Origin: an uncultured Candidatus Saccharibacteria bacterium
GTDB taxonomy: Bacteria > Patescibacteriota > Minisyncoccia > Minisyncoccales > GWA2-38-27
Assembly: GCA_964509645.1 (NCBI GenBank)
Contig: CAZDXV010000001.1
Span: forward strand, 15,890 to 79,889
Reading direction: 5' to 3'
DNA: 64,000 nt
A model generated the notes under the pieces. The model made no database searches. It saw only the letters and a list, made by a program, of their open reading frames with translations, and was not told where the DNA came from. The translations under genes were made by a program, and so were the position numbers. This document shows positions 36,131-46,937 of this stretch, in pieces. The stretch's first letter is position 1. Each line of letters starts with the position of its first letter.

Positions 36131-36701
36131 ATTTCACAAGACGGTAAAAATTCAGAGGGGTGCCAAAATAGGAAAAGGTACTGAAATTTGGCATAATTCT
36201 CAAGTTTTGAAAGAGGCTGAAATAGGCAAGGGCTGTACAATAGGCCACAATTGTTTTATTGGATCTGGGGCACGATTAGGAAATGGTGTAAAACTTCAAT
36301 CAAACATAGATATCTGGGATCGGATTGTATTGGAAGATTATGTTTTTGTGGGGCCTTCAGCTGTTTTTACTAACGATCTTAATCCTAGATCTAAATATCC
36401 GAAATCGGAGTATCAAGAATATGGGCAATGGTTACCTACCTTAGTTAAGAAGGGATCTTCAATTGGAGCTAACTCTACAATTATTTGTGGTGTAACTGTT
36501 GGTAGCTGGTCAATGATAGGAGCTGGTGCTGTAGTAACTAAGGATATACCTGATTATGCCATTGCAGTGGGTAATCCTGCAAGAGTTATTGGTTGGGTTT
36601 GTGAATGCGGTAATAAACTTAATCTTGAAAGAGGAAAATCAGAATGTCCAATTTGTCATAGAAAATATAAAAAAGAAGAAAATAAAGTATGGCAAGAATA
36701 A
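36120..36701 (+). CDS. hexapeptide-repeat sugar N-acetyltransferase (WbpD/FdtC/PglD-like) with C-terminal CxxC...CxxC zinc-ribbon
   Basis: Left-handed beta-helix repeats ([32 protein letters not shown]...). C-terminal CECGNK...CPIC. Confidence 0.65.
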   Translation: MKNKFHKTVKIQRGAKIGKGTEIWHNSQVLKEAEIGKGCTIGHNCFIGSGARLGNGVKLQSNIDIWDRIVLEDYVFVGPSAVFTNDLNPRSKYPKSEYQEYGQWLPTLVKKGSSIGANSTIICGVTVGSWSMIGAGAVVTKDIPDYAIAVGNPARVIGWVCECGNKLNLERGKSECPICHRKYKKEENKVWQE

Positions 36702-37801
36702 ATTTTTTAGATTTTAAAAAGCAACATTTCTCAATAAAAAAAGAAATTGAACTAGGTTTCAAAAAGGTTTTGGAAAGCCAAATTTTTATAAACGGAGAAG
36801 AAGTGGAAAAGTTTGAAAAAGAAGTAGCTGATTTTTGTGGTGTTAAAGAAGCTGTTGGTGTAAACTCCGGTACCGATGCTCTTTCTCTTTCTTTGAAAGC
36901 TTTTGGCATAAAAGAAGGAGATGAAGTAATAACCACTCCTTTCACTTTTATTTCTACAGCAGAAACCATTATTAATTTGGGAGCGAGGCCTGTTTTTACG
37001 GATATAAATAAAGATTTAAATATTTCTCCTGAAGAGATAGAAAAGAAAATTACAGATAGAACAAAAGCAATTATCCCCGTTCATTTATTTGGATTAGTTT
37101 CTCAAATGAATAAAATTTTAAAAATAGCTAGGAACCATGGTCTTTATGTGATAGAAGATGCAGCTCAAGCTTTTGGGTCGGGATACAAAGGGAAAAGAGC
37201 GGGTTCTATGGGGGATATAGGATGTTTTAGTTTTTTTCCGACAAAAAATCTAGGAGCGCTGGGGGACGGAGGCATGGCGGTTACAAATAATGAAAAATTA
37301 GCTGAGAAGATAAGACTTTTAAGAAATCATGGTTCTGATTTCGAAAATAAATATCGAAATTTAATCTTGGGAACTAACTCGAGATTGGATTCTATCCAGG
37401 CAGCTATTTTAAGAACCAAATTAAACTATATTGAAAGTTGGATTAGGGAAAGGAGAAATATTGCAAAAAATTATAACAAAAGACTGTCCGCAATAAAAGA
37501 AATTAAAACGCCTTCTTTTGCGAAAGACGATTATCATTCTTTTAATTATTATACAATAAGAGCTAAAAGAAGAGATGAATTAAAAATTTTCTTAGAAGAA
37601 AAAGGAATCGAGACCAAAATTTATTATTTTCTTCCCCTATATTCTCAACCAGCTTTAAATTTTTTAAAAGTCGATAAAAATTATTTTTCTGAAACAGAAA
37701 AGGCAGCTAAGGATGTTCTTTCTCTGCCCATTTATCCCGGTTTTGAAAATCAAGATTTTGTTGTTAATAAGATAAAAGAATTTTATAAAAGAATTTTATA
37801 G
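36689..37801 (+). CDS. DegT/DnrJ/EryC1/StrS-family PLP-dependent sugar aminotransferase (WbpE/FdtB-like)
   Basis: [15 protein letters not shown]...[16 protein letters not shown] (PLP-Lys region); 370 aa. Confidence 0.8.
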   Translation: MARINFLDFKKQHFSIKKEIELGFKKVLESQIFINGEEVEKFEKEVADFCGVKEAVGVNSGTDALSLSLKAFGIKEGDEVITTPFTFISTAETIINLGARPVFTDINKDLNISPEEIEKKITDRTKAIIPVHLFGLVSQMNKILKIARNHGLYVIEDAAQAFGSGYKGKRAGSMGDIGCFSFFPTKNLGALGDGGMAVTNNEKLAEKIRLLRNHGSDFENKYRNLILGTNSRLDSIQAAILRTKLNYIESWIRERRNIAKNYNKRLSAIKEIKTPSFAKDDYHSFNYYTIRAKRRDELKIFLEEKGIETKIYYFLPLYSQPALNFLKVDKNYFSETEKAAKDVLSLPIYPGFENQDFVVNKIKEFYKRIL

Positions 37802-37810
37802 ATTTTTAAA

Positions 37811-38968
37811 ATGGCAAAAAAATATCAAATTTGTACAAAATGTATTTTAGACACTACGGCTCCCTATATTCATTTCGATGAAAAAGGAGTTTGTAATTAT
37901 TGCAGAAAAGAAGGATCTTTTGTAAAAAAGTATCTTTCTATATCACCTCAAAAAAAAGAAAAAGAATTAAAGAAAATAATCAATAAAATCAAAGAGCAAG
38001 GAAAAGGTAAAAAATATGACTGCATTGTAGGACTTAGCGGGGGAGTAGATAGCACTTATCTTACTTATATAGCTAAAGAAATGGGCTTAAGGCTTCTGGC
38101 TGTTCACTTAGATAATGGATGGGATGCTGAGATGGCAGTTGATAACGTTAATGATATTGTAAAAAAGCTTAATATCGACCTCTATAATTATAAGATAAAC
38201 TGGGAAGAATTTAAAGATTTACAATTAGCATACTTAAAATCTTCAGTGGTTGATATAGAAGCTATTACAGACCATGCAATAAAAGCCCTTTTGTATAATA
38301 CTGCCCAAAAAAGAAATATTAAATATATCTTGAGCGGAGGAAATATTGCAAGCGAAGGAGTTTTACCCAAGGGGTGGGCTCATAATAAAAATGATTTAGT
38401 AAACCTGAAAGATATATACGGTCGTTTCGGTACGCTTAAGCTGAAGACATTTCCTACTTTAGGTTTTTGGAAAAAAAGGTATTATGAAAAAATTAAAGGA
38501 ATTCAGAGAATAGCAATTTTGAATTATATTCCTTACGTTAAAAAGGATGTTAAAGATTTTCTTGTTAAAGAAATTGGATGGAGAGATTATGGCAGTAAAC
38601 ACTATGAGTCTATTTTTACTCGATTTTACCAAGCTTATATCCTCCCCAGAAAGTTTAATATTGATAAAAGAAGAGCTCATTTATCAAGTTTGATTTACTC
38701 GGGCCAGATGACTAGGGAAGAGGCCCTAAAAGAAATAGAAAAAGATCCTTATCCGGACAAGGGAATGATGGAAAAAGACAAAGAGACAGTTTTGAAGAAG
38801 CTTGGGTTTACCAAAAAGGAGTTTGAGAAGATAATGAAACTTCCCATTAAAAGTCATTTTGATTACAAAACTGACGCAAAAACAGTAAGTTTTGCAAGAG
38901 CTATTTATAAACCGGTGAAACTATTCAAAAACTTTGTGAATGTTTTGAAAAATTATGGCAAAAGATAA
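37811..38968 (+). CDS. N-acetyl sugar amidotransferase (PP-loop ATP pyrophosphatase, WbpG-like)
   Basis: N-terminal Cys4 cluster CTKC...CNYC; PP-loop DCIVGLSGGVDSTY; 385 aa. Confidence 0.6.
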   Translation: MAKKYQICTKCILDTTAPYIHFDEKGVCNYCRKEGSFVKKYLSISPQKKEKELKKIINKIKEQGKGKKYDCIVGLSGGVDSTYLTYIAKEMGLRLLAVHLDNGWDAEMAVDNVNDIVKKLNIDLYNYKINWEEFKDLQLAYLKSSVVDIEAITDHAIKALLYNTAQKRNIKYILSGGNIASEGVLPKGWAHNKNDLVNLKDIYGRFGTLKLKTFPTLGFWKKRYYEKIKGIQRIAILNYIPYVKKDVKDFLVKEIGWRDYGSKHYESIFTRFYQAYILPRKFNIDKRRAHLSSLIYSGQMTREEALKEIEKDPYPDKGMMEKDKETVLKKLGFTKKEFEKIMKLPIKSHFDYKTDAKTVSFARAIYKPVKLFKNFVNVLKNYGKR

Positions 38969-40145
38969 AAGGTTGAAAATTCTTTTTATAGCCAGTCATT
39001 ATCCAGAAAAAAGGAGTCCTCTGGAGGGAATTTTTACTAGAGAACATGCAAAAGCAGCTTCTTTATACAATCAGATTACTGTCTTATACAGTGGGGAGAA
39101 GGTTGGAAATCAAAAAAAGTTGTGGTGCGTTGTTTCTGATAAAGAAGAAGGAGGAGTTAGCACCATTAGAGTAAAACATAAAATTTCTTCTATTTCAAAG
39201 TTTTTTTCCTATTTTTTATATCTTTCTAGTATTTTTTTTACCTTTAGAAAATTAAGAAAGGAAAATGGAAAACCAGATATAATTCATGCTCATATTTATG
39301 TGGCAGGTGTGCCCGCAGTAATTTTGGGTAAAATTTATCATATTCCTGTAGTTCTTACAGTTCATTCTTCAACTTTCCCGAGACGAGCTTTAAGGCCTAA
39401 TCAGAAAAGACAAGCTAGGTTTGCTATAAACAATGCAGATCTGGTTCTTCCTGTTAGTAATTTTTTAAAAAAGAGTATTGGGGATTATGGTTTTAAAAAT
39501 GAATTTCAAGTAGTTCCAAATACTATAGATACAAAACTATTTTCCCTTCTTCTTAATGGGAAAAAATCAAAGAAAAAAGAGATATTGACAATAACTTCTT
39601 TTAAGCCAAAGAAAGGAAACCTATATCTGCTAGAAGCTTTGTCAATAATTAAAAACAAAAGAAACGATTTTTGTATTAACATTATAGGGGACAGTCCAGA
39701 GAAGAAAGAATATGAAGAAATGGTTAATAACTTGCAGTTACAGGATTTTGTGAAATTTTGTGGTTTTAAAAGAAAAAAAGAAGTTGTTCATTTGATAAGA
39801 CAATGTGATTTTTTAGTATCACCTAGTCTTTTTGAAACTTTTGGGGTATCAATTATAGAAGCTTTAGCCTGTGGGAAACCTATTGTTGCTACAAAATCTG
39901 GAGGACCTAATGAAATTATAGATAAAAAAGTAGGTGTTTTAGCCGCTACAAAAAATTCGGAAGATTTAGCAAAATCAATCGATTACATGTTGGATCATTA
40001 TCAGGATTATTCACCCGAAAGATTAGCTAATTATGCACAAGAAAATTTTAGTTACGAAAAAGTCGGCTGGACATTAAATAGAATATATAGGAAATTAATT
40101 AAAAATAAGCAAAATAATTATGAATCAAGAGAAGAAAAAGAATAA
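38955..40145 (+). CDS. GT4 (GT-B) glycosyltransferase
   Basis: C-terminal KKEILTITSFKPKKG...FGVSIIEALACGKPIVATKSGGPNEII, the Glycos_transf_1 EX7E region. Confidence 0.7.
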   Translation: MAKDKRLKILFIASHYPEKRSPLEGIFTREHAKAASLYNQITVLYSGEKVGNQKKLWCVVSDKEEGGVSTIRVKHKISSISKFFSYFLYLSSIFFTFRKLRKENGKPDIIHAHIYVAGVPAVILGKIYHIPVVLTVHSSTFPRRALRPNQKRQARFAINNADLVLPVSNFLKKSIGDYGFKNEFQVVPNTIDTKLFSLLLNGKKSKKKEILTITSFKPKKGNLYLLEALSIIKNKRNDFCINIIGDSPEKKEYEEMVNNLQLQDFVKFCGFKRKKEVVHLIRQCDFLVSPSLFETFGVSIIEALACGKPIVATKSGGPNEIIDKKVGVLAATKNSEDLAKSIDYMLDHYQDYSPERLANYAQENFSYEKVGWTLNRIYRKLIKNKQNNYESREEKE

Positions 40146-40950
40146 TTCATATAACCATGAAGTGAAACGTTTACTTGCTCCATATAAAGCAGTGCTTCCT
40201 TTGGTTTCTGGAAAAAGAGTGCTTGATCTTGGTTGTGGGCGAGGACGGGGTTCTAGTGTGTTAGCGGATTATGCTGAAAAAGTAGTAGCTATTGATATTT
40301 CAGCCGATACCATATCTGAGAATAAGAGGAGGTATGTAAACAAAGGAAATCTTGTTTTTAAAGAAATGAATGCCGAAAAATTAGAATTAGAAGATAATAA
40401 TTTTGATGTTGTTATTTCCTTTGAGGTTATTGAGCACGTGGATAATCCTGATATCTTTTTAAGAGAGATCAAGAGAGTTCTTAAGTCCTCAGGATTTGCG
40501 TTCTTGACAACGCCGAATAGAAAGGTGCGTTTACTTCCTTTACAAAAACCATGGAATCCCGAACACAAAAGAGAATATTATTTAAAAGAATTTCGGAAAG
40601 AATTAGAATCTGTTTTTTCAAATACAACAATATTGGGTATTTTTGGAAGAGGAAATTTACATGATTTGTTTTTAAAAAAGCAGAAACAAAATATACTGGG
40701 AGTTTATGGAACAATGATTTTTACTCCTCGATTAGCTGGTTTTGTTAAATTTCTTCTTGGTAAAGAAAAGAAAAAATATATTCAGGGAAAAAATCAAGGG
40801 ACACAGGAAAAATCCTTTGGCAAGCTAGATGACAAGCAATCGCTGATCGTGATAAAAGAAAATTTAAAATCCTGCCTTAATTTTTTTGCTATTTGTACCT
40901 TAGATAAAAACATAAACATTAGGAAAATTAAAAAAATATTGTTTAATTAG
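40120..40950 (+). CDS. class I SAM-dependent methyltransferase
   Basis: VLDLGCGRGRGS motif I, FDVVISFEVIEH motif II. Confidence 0.6.
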   Translation: MNQEKKKNNSYNHEVKRLLAPYKAVLPLVSGKRVLDLGCGRGRGSSVLADYAEKVVAIDISADTISENKRRYVNKGNLVFKEMNAEKLELEDNNFDVVISFEVIEHVDNPDIFLREIKRVLKSSGFAFLTTPNRKVRLLPLQKPWNPEHKREYYLKEFRKELESVFSNTTILGIFGRGNLHDLFLKKQKQNILGVYGTMIFTPRLAGFVKFLLGKEKKKYIQGKNQGTQEKSFGKLDDKQSLIVIKENLKSCLNFFAICTLDKNINIRKIKKILFN

Positions 40951-40956
40951 TACGAT

Positions 40957-42294
40957 ATGACAGAAGATACAAAAAATCTATCCAGAAACAGCTTGATAAC
41001 TTTTGTAAGCAGAATAATTATGATAGTGGTAGGGATTTTAAGCTCTATTATTCTGGCCAGAGTTTTGGGTCCGTCTGAAAGGGGGGTCTATGCATTGATT
41101 TTTTTGTTTCCCGCGATTTTTTCAATGATTGGCAGCTTTGGGGTAGGAACATCTAATACTTATTTTACGGGCAGCAGAAAATATAAAATAAACGATATTG
41201 TTTCGAATTCTTTAATTTTTGCTTTTGGGATGAGTTTTATTGTTATTTTATTTTTTTGGGGAGCGACTGAAACAAAAATTTTTCAGCAATATCTTTTATC
41301 AAATAAAATTCCCTTGAATTATTTATGGTGGGCAGTGTTGCTTTTGCCAATTCTTTTGTTGTCAAATTTTTTAAAGCAAATTATCTTAGGAAAAGAAAAA
41401 ATTAAGAATTTCAATAAGATAGGTATATTTGAAAAAATCTTTGAACTTTTTTTGATAATTCTGCTCTTAATAATTTTAAACAAGGGCTTATTTGGTGCTG
41501 TTATTTCTTTTATATTTACTGCTTTGGGTGTTGCTTTAATAATATTTTTACTTGTAAGAAAAATGGGTCAGCTTAATTTTTCTTTTAATTCTAAATTAAT
41601 GAAAGAATCGATTAAATACGGCGGTAAAGCCTATATCGGGGATTTTGTTCAGTTTTTAAATTATCGTCTAGACATGTTTTTAGTCGCTTGGTTTTTAGCT
41701 CCTGTAGCGGTGGGATATTATGTAATTGCTGTTGGACTAGCTGAAAGAATTTGGTTAATACCTGGCTCCATAGGATTAGTTTTGTTTCCTCGTGTTTCTT
41801 CAGTAGGAGGAAAAAGAGCTAACTTATTTACTCCTAAAATAGCTCGGAATATTTTGTTTAGTCTTCTTCTTATTTCTATTCCTATTATTTTTTTGGTGAA
41901 GCCTTTCGTCGGATTATTGTATGGTATTAATTTTCTTCCCTCCGTTACCCCCTTTTTAATTTTACTGCCCGGCATAATAGTTCTTGGTTTTGCTAAAATA
42001 TTGGCTAGTGATTTAGCTGGTAGAGGCAAACCGGAATTTTGTACTTATTCTGCTTTGATTTCTTTGGCGATTAATATTCCCTTAAATATTGTTTTAATTC
42101 CAAAATGGGGTATTTCGGGAGCAGCTTTCGCTTCTTCGGTAGCTTATTTAACAGCAACCATTGTATTATTGCTTTCATTTTTAAAGCTTTCGAAAAGCTC
42201 TTGGCGAGATACTCTTTTGATTAAAAAAGAAGACCTTAATAATTATTTAAATTTATATTTCATAATTAGAAACGCTATCAAAACCAGACTATGA
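40957..42294 (+). CDS. Wzx-like oligosaccharide flippase (MOP/PST family)
   Basis: 445 aa, ~12-14 TM, Polysacc_synt-like N-terminus (ILARVLGPSERGVYAL). Confidence 0.65.
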   Translation: MTEDTKNLSRNSLITFVSRIIMIVVGILSSIILARVLGPSERGVYALIFLFPAIFSMIGSFGVGTSNTYFTGSRKYKINDIVSNSLIFAFGMSFIVILFFWGATETKIFQQYLLSNKIPLNYLWWAVLLLPILLLSNFLKQIILGKEKIKNFNKIGIFEKIFELFLIILLLIILNKGLFGAVISFIFTALGVALIIFLLVRKMGQLNFSFNSKLMKESIKYGGKAYIGDFVQFLNYRLDMFLVAWFLAPVAVGYYVIAVGLAERIWLIPGSIGLVLFPRVSSVGGKRANLFTPKIARNILFSLLLISIPIIFLVKPFVGLLYGINFLPSVTPFLILLPGIIVLGFAKILASDLAGRGKPEFCTYSALISLAINIPLNIVLIPKWGISGAAFASSVAYLTATIVLLLSFLKLSKSSWRDTLLIKKEDLNNYLNLYFIIRNAIKTRL

Positions 42295-43304
42295 TAAAAA
42301 AAAGAAAAATTCATAATTACCTAAGAAGAACTGTATTTAAAAATAAAGAATCAGTTTTTTCTCGTATCTTGGCAAGATATCAGTCGCTTAGCTATCCGGA
42401 ATATTGTCCTAAGACAAGTCTGGAGGGAAACAGTTCCTCAGGGCCGAGGATAGCCATAGCGGCTTGTTCTGATATAGCGTCCGAAAAAGAGCAACCGCAA
42501 TGGGGAGATTACTGGGTTAAATATCGATTAACCGAAGAGTTGGAGAAATTGGGATATGCGGTCGGCGATACAGATCCCGATATTATTATTCATCTTTTTG
42601 GTAGCCCCGTTAAACTGCCTAAAAACACTTTTAATATTGCCTGGATATATAGCCATCCGAACTGGGTTAGTCCTTACATTCTTAAGCAGTATGATAAAAT
42701 ATTCTGTTTATCTTCTTCTTTTGCAGAAAAGATTGAGAAATGGGGATTAAATACAGAGTTGATGATTGGGGCGACAGATAAAAAGCCCGCTCAGGAGGAT
42801 GTAAAATATGATGTTGTTTTTGTTGGAAACGTCCATTCGGCTCCTGAAAGAGGAAAGATTATTCAGTATCTCGCAGGAATCCCCTGTAATTTTAAATTAT
42901 GGGGTAAGGGATGGAAAAATATAATACCCGAAAAGTGCTACGGGGGAGACTATTTTGATAATAGAAAATTAGATAAACTGTACGCCTCTTCTTTGATTAG
43001 TTTAAACGATCATCATGAGGATATGGCTCGAGAAGGTTTTGTCGCAGTAAGAGTATTCGACATCTTAGCTAGTGGGGGTTTTTGCATCTCAGATAAAAAT
43101 TCAGGCATCGAGGAAATTTTTGGAAATGCGGTGCCTCAATATAAATCCCCCGAGCATTTAAAAGAGCTTATTGATTTTTATCTTAAAAATCCAAGGGAAA
43201 GGGAAAAATTAATGAAAAAAGGGAGAGAAGTAGCTCTCTCTCATACTTGGAGAAAAAGAGCAGAACAATTTTCAAATGTTATAAAAAGAAAAAATGTTAA
43301 GTAA
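42291..43304 (+). CDS. CgeB-like glycosyltransferase (Glyco_trans_1_2/DUF3880 family)
   Basis: C-terminal RVFDILASGGFCISDKNSGIEEIFG...ELIDFYLKNPREREKLMKKGRE pattern. Confidence 0.45.
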   Translation: MIKKRKIHNYLRRTVFKNKESVFSRILARYQSLSYPEYCPKTSLEGNSSSGPRIAIAACSDIASEKEQPQWGDYWVKYRLTEELEKLGYAVGDTDPDIIIHLFGSPVKLPKNTFNIAWIYSHPNWVSPYILKQYDKIFCLSSSFAEKIEKWGLNTELMIGATDKKPAQEDVKYDVVFVGNVHSAPERGKIIQYLAGIPCNFKLWGKGWKNIIPEKCYGGDYFDNRKLDKLYASSLISLNDHHEDMAREGFVAVRVFDILASGGFCISDKNSGIEEIFGNAVPQYKSPEHLKELIDFYLKNPREREKLMKKGREVALSHTWRKRAEQFSNVIKRKNVK

Positions 43305-44358
43305 TAAGAAGGAAAAAAAATTTATTGAGAGTTACAAGTCGAGAGAATTACTCGGTTTTTCTAAAAACCTCTTGGTTTATATTTTAAGTAAACATCAACC
43401 CTTATATTTTCTGAAAAATCTATTCAAATATAAAAAACGGAAAGATATAAAGATATTCTATATAGATTATTTTACCCCTGAGAATTCTAATTTTTATTGG
43501 CTAAGAGCTTTTAGAAAAGTTGGGCAGGTGATGATATTTGATGTTGGTAAAGATAATCTTAAAAAACTTCAAAGCAAGATTTTAGATTTTAAACCGGATC
43601 ATATTCATTTAGGGGGTAGTGTTAAGGATAATCATATTACTCCACAGTTTCTAGCTGGTTTAAAAGAAAAATTAAACTTTACCGCTTCTGCCTTTTATGG
43701 AGATGGATCATATTCTTTTTATCATTTTAAATTAGCAGAGATTGTTGATTATATTTATCTGTCGAATAAAACTCACATTAAAATCAATCAGGAGAGAGGA
43801 TTGAATAATTTTAAGTATATGCCGTGTCCTACATACCCTGACATTTTTAATCATCAAAAAGGTAGAAAAATATACGAGATAATTTTTATCGGTAATAATA
43901 ATCGGTCGGAACGGCTTATTCTCCTTAAAAAAATAGCTGAAAGATACAATCTGAGAGTATTCGGTAATGGCTGGGAGAAAACAGGGCTTGACTGGGGTAG
44001 CCCGGTTTATGGAAAAGATTTTAGCCGGATTTGCAGTCAAGCTAAAATATGTTTAGGAGAAAAACAACCATCTTGCGCTGAATTAGAGGCCTGTTTTTCT
44101 AACCGCTTGATAAATACTCTAGCCACAGGTTCTTTCTATGTTAATCCTTATAGTCGGAATCTGGAAAGCATTTTTACTAATAGAGAGCATTTGGTTTGGT
44201 ATGAAAATGAAGAAGAGTTATTTAAGCTGATTGATTACTATTTAGAGAATCCAAGAGAGCGGGAAAGAATTGCCCGCGAAGGCCAGAAGGAGGTTTACGC
44301 CAAATATACTTATGATAAGAGCGTAAAAATAATTTTAAAAAATGTAGGTATTAAATAA
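43294..44358 (+). CDS. CgeB-like glycosyltransferase, paralog of the previous gene
   Basis: C-terminal INTLATGSFYVNPYS...LIDYYLENPRERERIAREGQKEV, parallel to the previous protein. Confidence 0.45.
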   Translation: MLSNKKEKKFIESYKSRELLGFSKNLLVYILSKHQPLYFLKNLFKYKKRKDIKIFYIDYFTPENSNFYWLRAFRKVGQVMIFDVGKDNLKKLQSKILDFKPDHIHLGGSVKDNHITPQFLAGLKEKLNFTASAFYGDGSYSFYHFKLAEIVDYIYLSNKTHIKINQERGLNNFKYMPCPTYPDIFNHQKGRKIYEIIFIGNNNRSERLILLKKIAERYNLRVFGNGWEKTGLDWGSPVYGKDFSRICSQAKICLGEKQPSCAELEACFSNRLINTLATGSFYVNPYSRNLESIFTNREHLVWYENEEELFKLIDYYLENPRERERIAREGQKEVYAKYTYDKSVKIILKNVGIK

Positions 44359-44367
44359 TTTAAAAAT

Positions 44368-45492
44368 ATGAAAAATATTCAATTATTTAGAACAAATATA
44401 TCTGAAAAGTCTATAAAAGCAGTAATTAAGGTTTTGCGCTCTGGCTGGCTCAGCTTAGGCCCTAAAACAGCTGAATTTGAAGAAAAGTTCGCTGAATATG
44501 TAGGAGCAAAATATGCCGTAGCTCTCAATTCTTGTACAGCTGCTCTGCACCTTGCTTTAATCATCAGTGGTGTAAAAGAGGGAGATGAGGTTATTACTAC
44601 TCCCCTTACTTTTGTTTCTACCAATCATGTTATCTTATATCAAGGAGCACTTCCTGTTTTTGCTGATGTAAACCCTAAAACTTACTGTATTGATCCAGAA
44701 TCAATCAAGAAAATGATTACAAAGAAAACAAGGGCTGTAATAGTTATGCATTACGGAGGCCATCCCTGTGAGTTGGATAAAATATATAAAATAGCCAAAA
44801 AGCATAATCTTAAAGTAATTGAAGATGCAGCTCACGCTTGTGGTTCATCTTATAAGGGTAAAAAAATAGGTTCTTTTGGATTAACTTGCTTTAGTTTTCA
44901 TGCGGTCAAAAACTTGCCTACGGGTGATGGAGGAATGATAACAACAGATAATAAAAACTATTACGAAAGGTTAAAGAAATTAAGGTGGTTAGGCATAGAT
45001 AAGAGTACTTATGAGAGGACAAAAGCTGATAAAAAAAATTCAGATATCTATGCTTGGAAATATAATGTACCGGAAGTAGGATATAAATATCATATGAATG
45101 ATATTAATGCAGCGATTGGTATAGAACAATTGAAACTGTTAGACAAAGAAAATGCTTACCGAAGAAAATTAGCTAAAATATATAATCAGGGGTTGAGCCA
45201 CCCGGATATTATTTCTCTTCCCCACGTATCGCCAGATGTGGTTACTTCTCAACACTTATATGTAATTCAGGTTAAAAAAAGAGATGGCCTCATTGTTAAG
45301 TTAAAAGCTAACGGTATTGCTCCAGGAGTTCATTATAGGCCGAATAATATTTACCCTATGTATAATGGGTATAAGGCCGACATAGGAGTTGTTACAAAAA
45401 TATCGGGAAATATCATTTCTTTGCCAATGCATACGTTATTATCAAAAAAAGATGTTTCTGAAATAGCTAAAATAATTAATCAAGGTTGGTAA
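44368..45492 (+). CDS. DegT/DnrJ/EryC1/StrS-family sugar aminotransferase (second copy; ArnB/PseC-like)
   Basis: DAAHACGS...FSFHAVKNLPTGDGG PLP-Lys region; 374 aa. Confidence 0.8.
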   Translation: MKNIQLFRTNISEKSIKAVIKVLRSGWLSLGPKTAEFEEKFAEYVGAKYAVALNSCTAALHLALIISGVKEGDEVITTPLTFVSTNHVILYQGALPVFADVNPKTYCIDPESIKKMITKKTRAVIVMHYGGHPCELDKIYKIAKKHNLKVIEDAAHACGSSYKGKKIGSFGLTCFSFHAVKNLPTGDGGMITTDNKNYYERLKKLRWLGIDKSTYERTKADKKNSDIYAWKYNVPEVGYKYHMNDINAAIGIEQLKLLDKENAYRRKLAKIYNQGLSHPDIISLPHVSPDVVTSQHLYVIQVKKRDGLIVKLKANGIAPGVHYRPNNIYPMYNGYKADIGVVTKISGNIISLPMHTLLSKKDVSEIAKIINQGW

Positions 45493-45493
45493 T

Positions 45494-45988
45494 ATGAACA
45501 TAAGCTTAAAGCCTTTAAAAAAAAATTATATAGAATTTTTAAGAAAGGTAAGAACTAACCCAAAAATTAATAAGCATTTATTTACGGATGTTTATAACTC
45601 TTCGGAGAAGCAAAAAAAATGGTATAAGGATGATTATTTAAAAGATAAAAGCTACCTAATATTTATCGCCTTCGATGGAAAAACTCCCATTGGATACGGT
45701 CAGATAAACCATATAGATTATCATAATTATTCTTGCGAGGTAGGTTTTTGTGTCGCCCCGGAGTTTCAGGGGAGAGGGTACGGAAAGATCTTAACAAAAA
45801 GGATAATTAATTATTCTATTAAAGAACTAAAAATGCATAGAATATATCTAGAAGTTTTTACTACAAACAAGAAAGCAATTAAGCTATATGAAAAGATTGG
45901 ATTTAAAAAAGAGGGTGTTCTGAAGGACAAAGTATTTAAAAATGGAAAGTTTCATAATGTGCTTTTGATGAGTATTATAGCTAAATAG
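45494..45988 (+). CDS. GNAT-family N-acetyltransferase
   Basis: QGRGYGKILTKRIINYSIKELKMHRIYLEVFTTNKKAIKLYEKIGF (acetyl-CoA motif A region). Start overlaps the aminotransferase stop. Confidence 0.6.
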   Translation: MNISLKPLKKNYIEFLRKVRTNPKINKHLFTDVYNSSEKQKKWYKDDYLKDKSYLIFIAFDGKTPIGYGQINHIDYHNYSCEVGFCVAPEFQGRGYGKILTKRIINYSIKELKMHRIYLEVFTTNKKAIKLYEKIGFKKEGVLKDKVFKNGKFHNVLLMSIIAK

Positions 45989-46019
45989 AGCTGATTATGA
46001 GTTTTAAATCTTAAAATTA

Positions 46020-46937
46020 TTGATGAAAAAGAAACCAGAGATAAGCGTTATTATTCCTACTTTTAATAGAGAAAATTTATTATCACAATCTATTAAAAGT
46101 ATTTTGAGTCAATCTTATCAAGATTTTGAAATTATCGTTGTGGATGATGCTTCGACTGATAATACTAGAAAAATTGTTGAAAGTTTTAACGTTGATAAAA
46201 TAAGATATATTCGGCATAAAAAAAATAAAGGAGGAGCGATTGCAAGAAACACTGGGATCAAAACTGCTAAAGGAAAATATATTGCTTTTCAAGATAGTGA
46301 TGATAGATGGCTACCCATGAAACTAGAAAAACAGATAAAGATTTTTGAAAATTCGCCGCCGGAAATAGGTCTTGTCTATACCGGTCTTTGGAAAATAAAA
46401 GGAGATAAGAAGATCTATATTCCATCGGGAGCAAATAAAAAAGACGGGGATGTTTACAAGGAACTTCTTAAAAGAAACTTTGTGGCTGCTCCGACTATTT
46501 TAGTGTCTAAAAGATTTCTTGATAAAGCAGGCATGTTCGATAAAAGATTATCGCGACTTCAAGACTGGGAATTGGCTATAAATCTTTCAAGATACTGCAA
46601 ATTTAAATATATAAATAAACCCTTGGTAATTTCATCCTACACATCAAATAGTATTTCCAGTGACAGGGAAGCATTAATCGAGTCATTTAAAATTATTTTA
46701 GCTAAATATTTCAAAGATATTTCCAAAAACAAAAAACTTTTATCAGATTACTATTTTAGAATTAGTGTTAATCTTTGCTCTAATGGGGAAGTTAGAGAAG
46801 GAAAGAAATACCTTAAAAAGGCTTTTCATGCTTGTTTTTGGAATATTAAAATATTGCTGGTATTTTTCGTTTTGTTATTCGGCCATAATTTTTATAGTAA
46901 AGTTATAGAAAAGTATCGAAAGATCAAAAATGAATAA
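46020..46937 (+). CDS. family 2 glycosyltransferase
   Basis: ISVIIPTFNRENLL...DFEIIVVDDASTDNT...QDSDD. Confidence 0.75.
   Translation: MMKKKPEISVIIPTFNRENLLSQSIKSILSQSYQDFEIIVVDDASTDNTRKIVESFNVDKIRYIRHKKNKGGAIARNTGIKTAKGKYIAFQDSDDRWLPMKLEKQIKIFENSPPEIGLVYTGLWKIKGDKKIYIPSGANKKDGDVYKELLKRNFVAAPTILVSKRFLDKAGMFDKRLSRLQDWELAINLSRYCKFKYINKPLVISSYTSNSISSDREALIESFKIILAKYFKDISKNKKLLSDYYFRISVNLCSNGEVREGKKYLKKAFHACFWNIKILLVFFVLLFGHNFYSKVIEKYRKIKNE

Noticed and set aside
42291-44358. Tandem CgeB-like glycosyltransferase paralogs as a separate finding
   Set aside because: Ordinary tandem duplication inside a GT-rich cluster; already covered by the cluster finding.
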